A program made the translations under genes and the position numbers. The notes below the pieces were generated by a model that was not told the origin of the DNA, did no database searches, and was given only the letters and a program-made list of their open reading frames with translations. A stretch of 64,000 nucleotides of DNA from Chara braunii (Eukaryota; Plantae; Charophyceae), in the NCBI GenBank assembly GCA_003427395.1, contig BFEA01000033.1:4536151-4600150 (forward strand). Reading direction: 5' to 3'. Positions 1-12,780 of the stretch are shown piece by piece. Every line of letters begins with the position of its first letter. The stretch's first letter is position 1.

Positions 1-284
1 TCACTAGACAGGTCTGCTGTTGTTTTACCCCTGCTAGTTAAAATTGCGACCAAGCTGCAGCGCTACAGAGGTTGAACAAAAATTATAGAACTATAAATCA
101 GTTTGCAGAATTTCAAGCCACTGTACTCTGCACGCTAGTTGCTGCTGCCGGTACGATCTTGCAGGTTCAACAGAGCACATGCGTCTTCGCTTTTGGGCTG
201 GTGACCTCTTCACCGGCAAACTTTCTCTTTCGACTCCTTGTGGCGGTTCCTCTTGAGTCCTAGCTTGCTGCAGGTTCAACAGAG

Positions 285-545
285 GACTGTTGTCGATGCT
301 GTGTTGTTGCTGTTGTTGCTGCTGTTATTGCTGCTGCTGCTGCTGGTGTTGCTGCGGTTGTCGTTGTTGCTGCTGCTGCTGGCTGCTGCTGATGTCGTTG
401 ATGTTGTTGCTGTTGTCGTTGCTGCTGCTGCTGTTGTTGGCGCTGCTGCTGTCATTGCTCTTGCTGCTGTTGTTGTTGCTGTTGTTGTTGCTGCTGCTGT
501 TCTCGTTGCTGCTGTTCTCGTTGCTGTTGCGGTTGCTGTCGCTGG
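285..545. repeat. (GCT/GTT)n trinucleotide low-complexity tract
   Basis: Directly visible in the sequence. Confidence 0.9.
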
Positions 546-1658
546 TGCATTTGGCTGTCCATTTAGGGTAAACACATTATGAGAGGCTTTATTCTTAATA
601 AAAGACAAGAAAGCTTGCCGAAAAAAACACCTCGAATGATGTAGGTACGACAACATTTAATGTTGCCCTGACTCCAATATTTATATTATTACTACTAACA
701 GGAACTTAGTGGCACCGAACCCTTAGGCAAGTTTCCTCGACAGAGCAAGCGCTGGTAACGCTCTAAGGGGGTATCAATGAAACTGAGATGAGATTTTGTA
801 CCCCCACTGCCCCTTCCCTCCCTGGCACCTTTGCCATCCGTTCCCCGGTTGCCCCCCACCGGCCAATCTTTACTGAACTTTTCAGTATATTGTTTGATCT
901 CTGTTTTTCAAAGTGAAAGATATACAAAGGTAAGCCTCGCTTTCATATTTTTTCCTTTCTCTAAGAAAAACATTGAAAAAAATACAGCTGCCTTCTCCTC
1001 TTACGGGGGACATTTGTATCTTTACTTACCTCACATTGACAACCCAAATCTCTACCCCTCCAACAAGCCCTCCAAGGCAGAGGATCTCAAGAAGAACCGG
1101 CGACCTCATTAAAAGGGGGCACGACCTCCCATCACCCCTGGCCGCCACCCCCTGACCCCCAGTACCGCTAGCCTCATTAAAAGGGGGCACGGCCTCCCGT
1201 CCCCCCTGGCCGCCACCCCCTGACTCCGCTCCCCAAATGCCACCGCCTGACCCCGCTCCCCAGCCGCCACCGCCTGATGCCGCTCCTCAGCCCCCACCGC
1301 CTGACCNNNNNNNNNNNNNNNNNNNNNNNNNNNNNNNNNNNNNNNNNNNNNNNNNNNNNNNNNNNNNNNNNNNNNNNNNNNNNNNNNNNNNNNNNNNNNN
1401 NNNNNNNNNNNNNNNNNNNNNNNNNNNNNNNNNNNNNNNNNNNNNNNNNNNNNNNNNNNNNNNNNNNNNNNNNNNNNNNNNNNNNNNNNNNNNNNNNNNN
1501 NNNNNNNNNNNNNNNNNNNNNNNNNNNNNNNNNNNNNNNNNNNNNNNNNNNNNNNNNNNNNNNNNNNNNNNNNNNNNNNNNNNNNNNNNNNNNNNNNNNN
1601 NNNNNNNNNNNNNNNNNNNNNNNNNNNNNNNNNNNNNNNNNNNNNNNNNNNNNNNNNN

Positions 1659-1728
<70 letters not shown>

Positions 1729-2544
1729 AGTTCCCCCAAAGATCCCACCTGTCACACATGCCGGCAAACACAGCGCTTGACAGGTAAGAAAACTCTTCTA
1801 CATGTCGGCAAACAGAGAGACACAAATGACTCTCTCTCCATCTGTGTGTGTGTGTCTGTCAACATCCCCAAATTGTCTGCCTTATTCCATCCACATACGA
1901 TCACAAACCATCCACAAACAAAAGAAGTACAGAGGAGCAACAAAATAAAAGGTGCAAGGTTCCCTTTGTTTCTGTGGTTGACAGGGAAGTGCCCACACAA
2001 CAGAGAGGTCAAAGTCTCATTCGAACAGCACAGAGGTAAGGAAAGATGTAGGTCTCCTAACTGGCAGAACAACAAACAATACAGAAGCCTCGAGAAGAAG
2101 GAGAGAATGTTACACTTAGGAGCGACGAAGTAAATGATGTAGGAGGTATCATAACAAGCGGAACATCACACAACCCAGAAGCTGCTGAAGGGAGGAAGCA
2201 CTGTAAAAAAAGAATCAAAGAAAAGTAAGACAAAGGCTCACCATTCAAGGCAATAAATTTCTGGGAGGAAAAGGGGATGGCAGCGAAGGACGGATCAGAG
2301 TTGGGGGAGAAGGGGAATAAGATNGGGATAATAGCGTCATCATCTAAAACACCCATCTCAATTTAAGGCACTTGAGGGATGTCCGTAGGCCAAGGAACAA
2401 TCTTGTTGTCCTTACAAGAGCTCTGGGAGCTAGGAATAAGAGCTCATGCCGACGAGCCTCAACTGACTTCCCACCTTTCCTGCTGCCTTTTTTGTGTGTT
2501 ACTTCCAAAGCTAAAAAATCTTGAGATGTAGTTCCCAGACCTCT

Positions 2545-4149
2545 TCGAAGTGCATTACGATCTGCAGCAACGGATCAGTTCTCTGGAGTCACGAAAAGAA
2601 AATGGAAGAAATTTGTTATCGCATATAAGCCCGAGTTCAGCGAAGGCACGGACAAAGTCGACATCAGCAACGACGTGCAGACTGTACACTGCGCGATCAA
2701 TGTGGATCTGGAGACTGCGGAAGCGGATGTAGAGAAAGCCAACGTGGATGTATATCTTGTGATGCCATCAGTTTTGAAGCATGTTCTGAAGCAGTAGTAC
2801 ACGTCATGCGATGCTTCAAAACAGGAATAAATAACCACTACGCCAGGGCGCAAGTCAAAACCTTTTAATAATGTGCACATGCTAGAAACGTTACGCAGAG
2901 GAAAATAGCTTGCGCACATGAGACTATTTTCCCTGCCCATTCCCCAGCCAGGCCTTGAAGGTCATAACTGGCCGAATGGTGTGCCTTTTCCTGTATCTTT
3001 TCGTGCACGACTTTTCTGCAATGTGAGAAGTTGAAGTGCTTTGTCATCCGCTTCAAGATTGCACATGCCGCTTGTGCTGTTCGTTCCCGATGTGTTTGTT
3101 GGCTACCACTTGCCGCAGGAAGACGGGAGATCACCACAATCTTCCATTTGTGACTGTTAATCATACCCCATCCGTTCTTGTCCTCTTCGNTATAAGCAAA
3201 GCCTTCAAAGTCACACTCTTTATCCACATCTAAGTAATAATCAACTTCGCGGTCGAAAGGAGAAGTGACAATGAGGAACCCATCACCCCTTCCTTTGGAA
3301 AGATCTTTGCATCTCTTCAAGTGGGTTAGGAAATCACCATCCATGGAATTCGAAGTGCATTACGATCTGCGGCAACGGATCAATTCCTGTCTCTTATACA
3401 CATCTGTTAGGAAATCACCATCCATGGAATTCGAAGTGCATTACGATCTGCGGCAACGGATCAATTCTCTGGAGTCGTGAAAAGCAAATGGAAAAAATTT
3501 ATTATCGCATATAAGCCCGAGTTCAGCGAGGGCATGGACAAAGTCGACATCAGCAACGACGTGCAGACTGTACACTGCGCGATCAATGTGGATCTGAAGA
3601 CTGCGGAAGCAGATCGTAGAGAAAGCCAACGTGGATGGATATCTTGTGATGCCATCAGTTTTGAAGCATGTTCTGAAGCAGTAGTACACGTCATGCGATG
3701 CTTCAAAATAGGAATAAATAACTACTACGCCAGGGCGCAAGTCAAAACCTTTTAATAATGTGCACATGTTAGAAATGTTACGCAAAGGAAAATAGCTTGT
3801 GCACATGAGACTCTTTTCCCTGCCCATTCCCCAGCTAGGCCTTGAAGGTCATAACTGGCCGAATGGTGTGCCTTTTCCTGTATCTTTTCGTGCACGACTT
3901 TTCTGCATTGTGAGAAGTTGAAGTGTTTTGTCATCCGCTTCAAGATTGCACATGCCGCTTGTGCTGTTCGTTCCCGATGTGTTTGTTGGCTACCACTTGC
4001 CGCAGGAGGACGGTAGATCACCACAATCTTCCATTTGTAACTGTTAATCATACCCCATCCGTTCTTGTCCTTTTTGTTATAAGCAAAGCCTTCAAAGTCA
4101 CACTCTTTATCCACATCTAAGTAATAATCAACTTCGCGGTCGAAAGGAG
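2545..4149 (-). repeat. Tandem ~0.7-0.8 kb duplication of a decayed coding-like segment (probably TE-derived)
   Basis: 2545-3260 matches 3430-4149 with substitutions. The broken minus-strand frames (PFDREVDYYLDVDKECDFEGF..., KGFDLRPGVVVIYS...) are similar in both copies; no family recognised. Confidence 0.7.
3387..3405 (+). other. Tn5 mosaic end / Nextera adapter (assembly artifact)
   Basis: Exact CTGTCTCTTATACACATCT between two copies of a 62-bp segment (3325-3386 and 3406-3467). Confidence 0.93.
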
Positions 4150-5965
4150 CTTTGCCCTGCCTCTGGTGCCTCCATTTCATCTTCATCCTCCTCTTCGTCC
4201 TCCTCTTCATCCTCGCTTCCATCCTCCTCGTCCTCCAACAGTCCACACTAATTCCTCTACCCCTCTTTATCCTCTTTGTCTTCTTCATCCTCTTCATTCT
4301 CCTCATCGTTTTCCTCCAGCACTCCACTATGGTCTGTAAACAACGAGCAGGCACCTCGATAAACTTCCAGAGCCCCGCCTTCGATAAAACCCCCTCCTTC
4401 GCCACACTAGTTCGCAAAAAGTTTTCCAAACACTCTACTACGGTCCGTAAACAACGAGCAGGCGCTATAAACTTTCAGTACCCCGCCTTCGATAAAACCC
4501 ACTCCTTCGCCACACAAGTTTGGTGAAAGTTTTTTATAAGTCTCACAACTTTTTGAGGGTATGTACAACAATAATAGGCGCCACAACACCCTGGCTGGGG
4601 GATTGGAGAGCACTACTGTGCGAAACATGGCACCCGGAGCAAACAACCACCTTTGAGGAGAATATATTCAAATTAGGGAGAAGGGCGGTACTCTGGGCCC
4701 TAAGGAGAACACGGTGTGTGTATGAAATGAAGCAGGTAAGATTGTCCCTAGCGGTTGAAGCCCCATGTAGCGAGTGGTGTGTTGTTGATCCGAGCTAAAT
4801 TTTTGACATATAAACTTTGAGATTGATTGTCTATACACTTGCAGTTTGTTGTCGGGCAATACTACTGTACTCTATTGGACTGGACTTTTGCCTTGGGGGT
4901 ACAGTACTGTTGGACCGAACTTTCGCCTCGAGGGTATAGCTTTATCGCTTAGAGGGTTAAGATATCTAGTTTTGAATTATATAGCAATGGGTTATAGTAT
5001 TGGGCTCTATATATGTGAAAATGCAACAGGACCTACGAGGGACAATGGCAGCATGTTGAGTAGAAGACGCTATGCTAGAACTCAATTTTCTTGAAGTAAT
5101 CTACCCCCCCCCCCCTGTTTTTTCCAATCAATCAATCAATCGACCAATCAATTAAACATTCAATCTATTCAATCGAATCGATTGATTTGATTGGATCTTG
5201 AAAATGAAAAAATAAAAAACTTCAACCACCACTTTTCGAGATCGTGGTCGTGGTCGTGTTTGGGATTCCCTGCATCTTTGTTAATTGCTTTGAAAATTGA
5301 AATACAGGTATTGCATGGAAATGAAATGTAATTCTTATCTTCTAGTTTAAAAATTTGAATACATATTCTCACTTTTCATTTTTTGTTCGATTTCAATAAC
5401 GGTTGTTCTTTTCTCACCACATTTGGAAATCCTTGCACGTCATCACAACAAGTATGTGCAAGGAAAAAGAAAATAATATCCTGCTTTTGTGTTCTTTTTT
5501 TTTTTTTCAATTCTTCGTGGTTTTGTTTTTCAATAATGCGTTCGTTGTTGAATTTTGTGGCGTATTGTTTCATTGAATGGTCATTGAAATGTTCTTTTCG
5601 TCACGATGTTTTCATTGTCTTGTGCAAGATGAATGTCCCGCAATCACCGCAGACACACACGTACACACATCTTTTGGTTTTTTTTTTTTTTTTTTTTTTC
5701 TCAATTCTTCGTGGTTTTGTTTTTCAAGAATGCTTTCCTTGTTCAATTATGTGGCGTACCGTTTCTTTGAATAGACATTGAAATGTATTTTTCATCACGA
5801 CATTTTTATTGTCTTGTACAAGATGAGTGTCCCGCAAGCACCGCAGGTACACACATACACACACACTGTGTGTACAATTGTATGTAGTTGCGGTTTGTGT
5901 GAGTACCTCACATCCAATGTACCTATTCTCCACCGCACATGATCAATCGTGTCTGTCAACAACAT

Positions 5966-5997
<32 letters not shown>

Positions 5998-6512
5998 CAG
6001 ACCGAATTGAAATGGAATAGAAATGGAGATATCCAGATTTCGTTTCGTCGCTTTGTTCAACTGCACGAGAAAAGACGGACTGAAGGTGTCCAACACTGTC
6101 CCCACGGGTTCGCCCCACGCCGAACTCACTTTCCGATGTCCGAATTTTTGGCATTGGACACACTTAACGCCAGACTGTAGTTGTCCTGTAAACTTTCAAG
6201 GTTAATAAGTAAACTCAAGAAACAGTTATTCAATGTTTACTTTAAGTTTTCATTTTTAGCACTCTGGCAGTTGAGAGCACGAGAATGTATGTCTGACCAA
6301 AAGATTTGCAGAACTCTCAATTTTTACCTTATTTGAAAAAATCCCCAATATTTTTCAAAACACACTTTTTGAACGTTAATCCTGTTTTCACAACGCAACA
6401 AAAGTGTGAAAGGTAGACTTTGATCCCTTAATTTTTTTCGATCTTAAATATCCACAAAAAAAAGACGAAGTCTTAAATATCCACAAAAAAAAGACGAAGT
6501 CCTACAAAAGGA

Positions 6513-6995
6513 TTTATAGAACTATAAATCCTAACCTCCACTTCCGAAATACTAGCTCTTTGTCGAAACACATGTATAGAACTATAATCAAGTATTAGCA
6601 CGCTCAAAAAATTCGCGAAATGTCGGACTCTGATTTATAGAACTATAAATCCTAACCTCCACTTCCGAAATACTAGCTCTTTGTCGAACACATGTATAGA
6701 ATTATAATCAAGTATTAGAATGCTGAAAATTTTCTCGAAATGTCGGACTCTGATATATAGAACTATAAATCCTAACCTCCACTTACGCAATACTAGCTCT
6801 TTTTCGAAACACATGTATAGAACTATAATCAAGTAGTTGGGTGCTCTGAAAATTCGCGAAGTGGGGAACCCTGGTTTATAGAACTATAAATCCTAAAGTC
6901 CACTTACGAAATACTAGCTCTTTTTCGAAACACCTGTATAGAACTATAATAAAGTATTTGGGTGCTCTAAAAATTCGTAAAATGTCGGACTCTGC
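6513..6995. repeat. Tandem minisatellite, ~120-bp unit x4
   Basis: Recurrent TTTATAGAACTATAAATCCTAACCTCCACTTCCGAAATACTAGCTCTTT. Confidence 0.9.
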
Positions 6996-9244
6996 TCCCT
7001 TGAGTTTATGGGACTACAATTCTTCTACAACAGAAGTGAATTACAACATGTTTCTTTAGTGTACCTTATAGGACTATAAATTGAAACTTCGCTGTAAGAA
7101 TTTCTTTCCTTTTTTTTTGAACTTCTCGAATTGTATTTATAGAACTGGAATTGTTTTCTGATATGTTGTTAAAAACCTCACCGAGAAGATGTTCTTTAGG
7201 GACGCGAAGTTAGTCTCGATTGTGACAAAGATAAGCAGTTCAAAAACTTGATTCTAAGTAACTAGTTCCAGCAGTTCTCCTGAAATTCTCTTTTTTTTGT
7301 TTTTTCCGATTCATTTCACTGCCCGCAAAATTTGGTCTCTTCAGGAGGCCTGAAAATCGTAACTTCTAAATTTTATAAATTTTCGTGCAAACCTAACAAT
7401 TTGATTTGTGAGGTTTTCACGAATTCTTTGTTTCATGCGCAAGAAAGGACAAGTCGGATTCCGCTCATTCCGGAATTCCTAACCGTCGAGCCAAATTCCT
7501 AGCGCGCTCGCTAAGGCGCGCGTAATTCCCATGTAATTCCCGAATTTGCAAAAGACAAATTTTCAAAACTTGATCCGAGGGTCCCGCACATTATGAAAAT
7601 ACAAAAAGAGGCCTCGTCGGGCTGTCACCCAAAATTCGACAAAGAAGGGGGCGGGGGGGGGAACGGAAGATGGCGCAGGTCCGGAAGCTGGCGCGTCACA
7701 TAATCCTCTGTTCCCTCGTATATCTGTGGAGCTCGTTCTGGCCCCGCGGTAAGGTGCAGTTTCTCGTGACACCCCCAACATCCCGTACTAAGGAACTGCT
7801 ACACCAGCCTCAAGGCCCTCAAGCCTAAGCTACGTACTAGGAGGATAGCCAACCCTAAGTCGTGAATCATGGACTGCATCGTGGACTGTGTATTTACCCT
7901 TTAATGAAAGCACGGTTAGGTAGGGCTTCAGCAGCCATCTACAGTAGGCATATCAGTCGTGGTGACTGCTGTCCTGTGAGTCCTGCAAGATGCTGCTGAC
8001 CGTACGATTTCCTGTGCCCTAGGAATAGTCAATCACTACCAATCAGGCAGCACAGAGACCGTCAGCGGGGTTTGACCCCTTACGCGTCATGGGTCAACTG
8101 GAGGCACTACCGTAGGCGGGCTAGACTCCGCTAGAGATTTCTGCCCACCTCTACCAAGGGTACGACTCTGTATGCTGGGCGCCGCCGGAGGTTGACAATT
8201 GATCATTCGATTCCCCAGCAGTCTTGAGGTGGTCACGAACAGTCAGTTGTCGTCCACCCGCCAATTGAAAGTGAACCACCTCATAAGCTCATAGCAATCG
8301 ATTTTTAGTTTTTGGTGTGTGTCCCTCTCACCCGCCCTCGCGAAATTGGCCAATGTCAGAACCGTCCCGCCTAATGTTTCATCCTGTTTGATCCCCCTTG
8401 GCCCCCTCGCCCTGCATCCCCTCCCGCCTATTCCGTGTCCGTGTTTACGGCGGATCGGCACTCGGCGGGTAGTACCGAGTACACAGTGGAAGTCAACTCT
8501 AGCGTGGTTGGCGCGATGGCCGACAAGTAGAAATAGGCGCCGGCCGTGTATTGTCTGCGTGTGATGCGTGCGACGCTGTTACGGACTTCGCCAGGGCTCG
8601 ATCCCTGGTCTATCTTTTGCTGTTTCGGCTGCATCCCGTTTTCGGCCTGGCACCCTTTTTCCAAACCCCTCCTTTGGTACCGTAGGATTTTGGACAACTT
8701 GCGCCATGCTGCAATTCGGGTGCCACTTTCAAATACTGCATTTTTCAGTTCTACCCTCGGGGCCTTTGCAGAAATGCCCCTGGTACCATACGTGTCACCG
8801 GTACTTATACCGGCTCCCCGTACGGTACGGGGACCAGTCTCGTACCAGTTCCCTGCTGCTGTACTCGTACTCAGTGTGACTTGCTGTTTCGGCATTCGGA
8901 ATCCAAGACTTCGACTTTGTGCCTCGCCACTGTGTCTACATCCGATCCTCAGTCCGAGTCAGTCGTGTCGAGTGAGTGAGTGTGTGTGTGTGCTCTCACT
9001 CTCTCCCTCTCTCTCCTCTCCCTCGGCTCACCCTCAGCCTCATGCTCGTTACACACGTTGTATCGAATTGCGAAATCAGGAAATACTGCTTGGTAGGGGC
9101 TACGGCAGGGAACAAGCCAGCCAGGCTGTAGCCGAGAAGGCTACAGGGCTTCAGCTACATCGTGTTTACGGTGTGCCGTCGTCGGCGTTTCCAAGTGAGC
9201 GGCATTCACAAGTGAGCGGCATTCGCAAGTGAGCGGCGTTCGCA

Positions 9245-9850
9245 ATGGCGCAGGATCAGATTACTTATGCGCAGAAGGTTGGGAAGAGCATTGGGAAGAG
9301 GGAGGACGAGCGGCAAGACATAGTTGGCAAGCCCATCACGAAGGAAGATGCGGCTCATATCCAGGCCGAAGCGATGAAGGTGGGTGAGGAAGTGAAACCG
9401 GGGTCGTTACCCGCTTGTGCACGGTCGGCAGCTTCCGTGAATGTGAGAGAGGGGCGGATTCCCCCAGGACCAGGTCTGGGAGATGTCAAACCGTTCGATG
9501 AGGAGCCGTACAAAAGCGGTTTGCAGCAGCATGGGATGGAGATTGGCGGGCAGCCGGGGCAGAAGCAGGACGTGGCGGGAAAGCCGATCACACCAGAGGA
9601 TGCTAGTCGAATTCAACAAGCGGAGGCAAGGTTAGGTCATGACACCGGGAAGGGCAGCCTGTCTGCGCACGCAGCTTCTGCGGTCGCGGCTAATGTGCGC
9701 GAGGGGATCGTCGACCTAACTCCCGAGGGCGGAACAGCCGGGGCGACTGCGCCTGACATCAAGAGTGCGCTGGAGCAATACCCCCCTGAGCACCGTGAGG
9801 AGGTTCGACAGGAAATTCGGTCGGCCCTTCGTGACGAGAAGGGGCAGTAA
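9245..9850 (+). CDS. LEA protein, SMP (seed maturation protein / D-34) family, 201 aa, single exon
   Basis: ATG-to-TAA ORF with two SMP-type repeats, KPITKEDAAHIQAEAMKVGEEVKPGSLPACARSAASVN and KPITPEDASRIQQAEARLGHDTGKGSLSAHAASAVAAN, matching the SMP pattern (kpvT.eDAa.iq.AE.r....GG.aa.aqsAA..N). Composition is hydrophilic and rich in Gly/Ala/Glu. Confidence 0.85.
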   Translation: MAQDQITYAQKVGKSIGKREDERQDIVGKPITKEDAAHIQAEAMKVGEEVKPGSLPACARSAASVNVREGRIPPGPGLGDVKPFDEEPYKSGLQQHGMEIGGQPGQKQDVAGKPITPEDASRIQQAEARLGHDTGKGSLSAHAASAVAANVREGIVDLTPEGGTAGATAPDIKSALEQYPPEHREEVRQEIRSALRDEKGQ

Positions 9851-10913
9851 TTTCGAAAACCAGCATGGAGGGACTGCAGGGAAGGTAAAAGTGTGGATGA
9901 CGCGTCTGAAATATGAATGACAATGACGTTGGATGGGGGCAACAGCGGATGGGATGGGGATGATGACGTGCAAACGAGTTTCATGGAACAGTCTCTACGT
10001 AATTGGGTGGACATGAAGGTGGACCAAAGAAGAGCCTTCCTTTGGCTGCGGGGTAGGCGTTTCGATAGGTGTGAGGAGGGAGGACGCATGTTTGGGTCAT
10101 GGAGGGAGGCGCATTTTTGGGGTCTTAGAGGATCTTGTAGGGTCTTGGAGGGAGGGGGCATCTTTGTGTCTTAGGGGGAGGATATGACGAGGGTAGTTGT
10201 GTTGAGAGGAGTCAGGAGGAAGGAGGGGTTTGACGCGGAAGGGAAGTAGTGGGGAAGACTTAGTGTGTTTTTGTGGATCGATGTATGTGAGCAGACGGGG
10301 TGGCGTGGCTGTACGTAATGGAGAATCGATGAATGAAAAAATGTGTCAAGGCCAATGCCACGTTAGAAAGATCACTCCGCAGGGAATAGTCGATTTCAAT
10401 TTCGTAATAAGAATTGTATCACATCATTGTATATCAGCGCTAAATTTGATTACATCATTGTACATTAGCGGGAAATTGGATCGCATCATTGTATATTACC
10501 CGGTGTTGAGTGAAAGTGCATGTCCTTAAGTGTGTACTTTCAAGCCAAGAGTTGATTTGACCAAAAAGCGACGACGTCTGGATGGACGATAGAAGGGTCT
10601 GAGTCTGGCTTCGAAGGCGAAGGCAGTCATTGCGAGAGGTGTCGGAAGGACGGAGTAGATAAACGGTTTTGACCGGATTTGCAGCCTTCGTCTGTAGTAT
10701 ACTACTTCGTGGCAGCGTTTAAGTCCAGGTAACGGCACAGGTGAATATTGATGTTGCTCATTGAAGACTGTTAAGGCAGTGGGAATTATGTGAGTGCCCT
10801 CGTCAATGTTTTTTTTTCAGACAGTGCATGAGGTTTTTGAGTTGGAACTTGGAGGCGCTTCGTATGCCGCCGGATGGACAAAGAGGAGAAGCGAGGTAGT
10901 TTGGTGGGCACAA

Positions 10914-11446
10914 TACAACAGAAAAATTCCCACGATAAATGGAAGTTGAAAAAACATTCCATTAAAAAAAAATCATTTATATTGCTGAATAATCATTTCA
11001 ATGTTCGTTCAATTCTAAAATTTCCAGTTTTAGACTTTTAGTCGACAAGTCCCCGTCTAAATATGAGTTTTCCCTTCGAACTACATCTATTGTTCAAGAT
11101 GGAACGGAAGTCTGGACGAGTTTATGAAATGTTTTAATTAAATTTTCAGTCTATTAAAACAAATATCTTCTAATTTATATTGGATTAACATATTTATGAC
11201 TGAAAATCCTTACTTAGAATAACAGTCCAATTAAAATGTTTAATGAACTCATCCAGACTTTCATCCCATCTCTAACATGCAGTCCAAATAAGAAGGAATA
11301 CCACATTCTTGGAATGAAAGTTTGCAAGTAAGATGGAAAATTTTAAAATTGGAATGACATTTTTTAAGATGGAATGAAAATTAAAAATTTAGAATGTAAT
11401 TTTACTACAGAATGATTATTTAATTCTGGGAAATTTTTCCGTTGTA
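10914..11446. mobile_element. AT-rich foldback/MITE-like element (CACTA-like terminus)
   Basis: TACAACAGAAAAATTCCC ... GGGAAATTTTTCCGTTGTA termini, plus internal inverted blocks (~11098-11140 vs ~11229-11270). Confidence 0.6.
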
Positions 11447-11773
11447 GACATGATAATAGAGTGGAGTGGATTGCGGTAGTTTGTACAACCGGGATTGGAA
11501 CTGGGATAAGTTGATCATCTTTTCTTGTAACAATAGTCGCTAACTAAGGGGTCTTGACTCCTTCGGAGATGAGTTGATAGTCTCTTCTTGTAAGAATAGT
11601 CGCTAACTAAGGGGTCTTAGATTAGACTCCTTTTTTGTATTGTATTTTGATGTTTTGGGACTTTCTTAGCACTCGTCAGTCACGTGATGAAATTGCAGCA
11701 GTCTTCAGCACAGGCAATAACTTGCCAATAAGCGAACTGTTTTGTGAACACATGGCGGCAACCCACGTACTTG

Positions 11774-11855
<82 letters not shown>

Positions 11856-11959
11856 NNNNNNNNNNNNNNNNNNNNNNNNNNNNNNNNNNNNNNNNNNNNN
11901 NNNNNNNNNNNNNNNNNNNNNNNNNNNNNNNNNNNNNNNNNNNNNNNNNNNNNNNNNNN

Positions 11960-12009
<50 letters not shown>

Positions 12010-12285
12010 TGAAGGTTTTTGTGACTTTCTAATAGTTGCAGACACTGCGTTACATGCGCGAGAATTATCCGCTTAGGCATCTCTCAATTTCTTAAGGAGA
12101 TGCGTACAGAGGTATGTGATTTTTTTTTTTAATTGACTGTACTTGTGATTCGTTGATGGTTTTGAAGTATTTGTATCATCGTCGTATGAATAAACTGGCG
12201 GAAAGCCATTTATAGGCTATACAAAATAACTAAATAAATAAATGATAAACAAGGATGTGCCCCATCAGGAATATGATCTGAATAT

Positions 12286-12780
12286 GGGCAAATTGCAGAA
12301 ATACCGGTTTGCAAACACATCGTATGAACTTTACCGGCCCGCGCAGTTATGCTCGCAAACAAATGTACCGTTTTTCGAAAGTTGCCGCGCAGCAGCAGAT
12401 TTACCGGTCGTAGCAACTTTACCAGCAGATTTACCGGTCGTAGCAACTTTACCAACAGATTTACCGGACGTAGCAACTTTACCTGCGCCAGTGAAGTTGC
12501 AGAGATACCCTTTTTCGAAAGTTCCTGCGCAGCAGCAGATTTACCGGTGTGTACCTATTTTTGTAACAGAGGGGGTCCCGAAGGGCTGGCTCGAAGGCAA
12601 GGGCTCCAAGGCGCACGGGTCCTCTGTTGCAAAGCCAGGTACCGGCCGGTATATTTGCACAACTGAAATGTCACGGACCGGTATTTCTGCATAGCGCTTA
12701 ACTTGTTTGTTTGTCACCATAGTTGGTATGTTATGAAAGTTGCTATAGAATACCTTAACCGGTATTTCTGCAATTTGCCC
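12286..12780. mobile_element. Mutator-like (MULE) MITE
   Basis: Perfect 24-bp TIR GGGCAAATTGCAGAAATACCGGTT; 9-bp flanks TCTGAATAT and TCTGACGAT (7/9 match, putative TSD); internal 30-bp tandem repeats at ~12392-12482. Confidence 0.8.

Noticed and set aside
1109-2133. Long ORFs running through N-gaps and (GA)n/(CA)n tracts (also at ~11.6, 19.5, 34.8, 44.2 and 46.2 kb)
   Set aside because: Artifacts of stop-free microsatellites and Ns.
6513-6995. CRISPR-like regularly spaced repeats
   Set aside because: Whole units repeat with no unique spacers; eukaryotic context; no cas genes.
8546-9232. 228-aa ORF upstream of the LEA gene
   Set aside because: No recognisable motifs; it overlaps the probable promoter/5' UTR, which contains CT/GT repeats.
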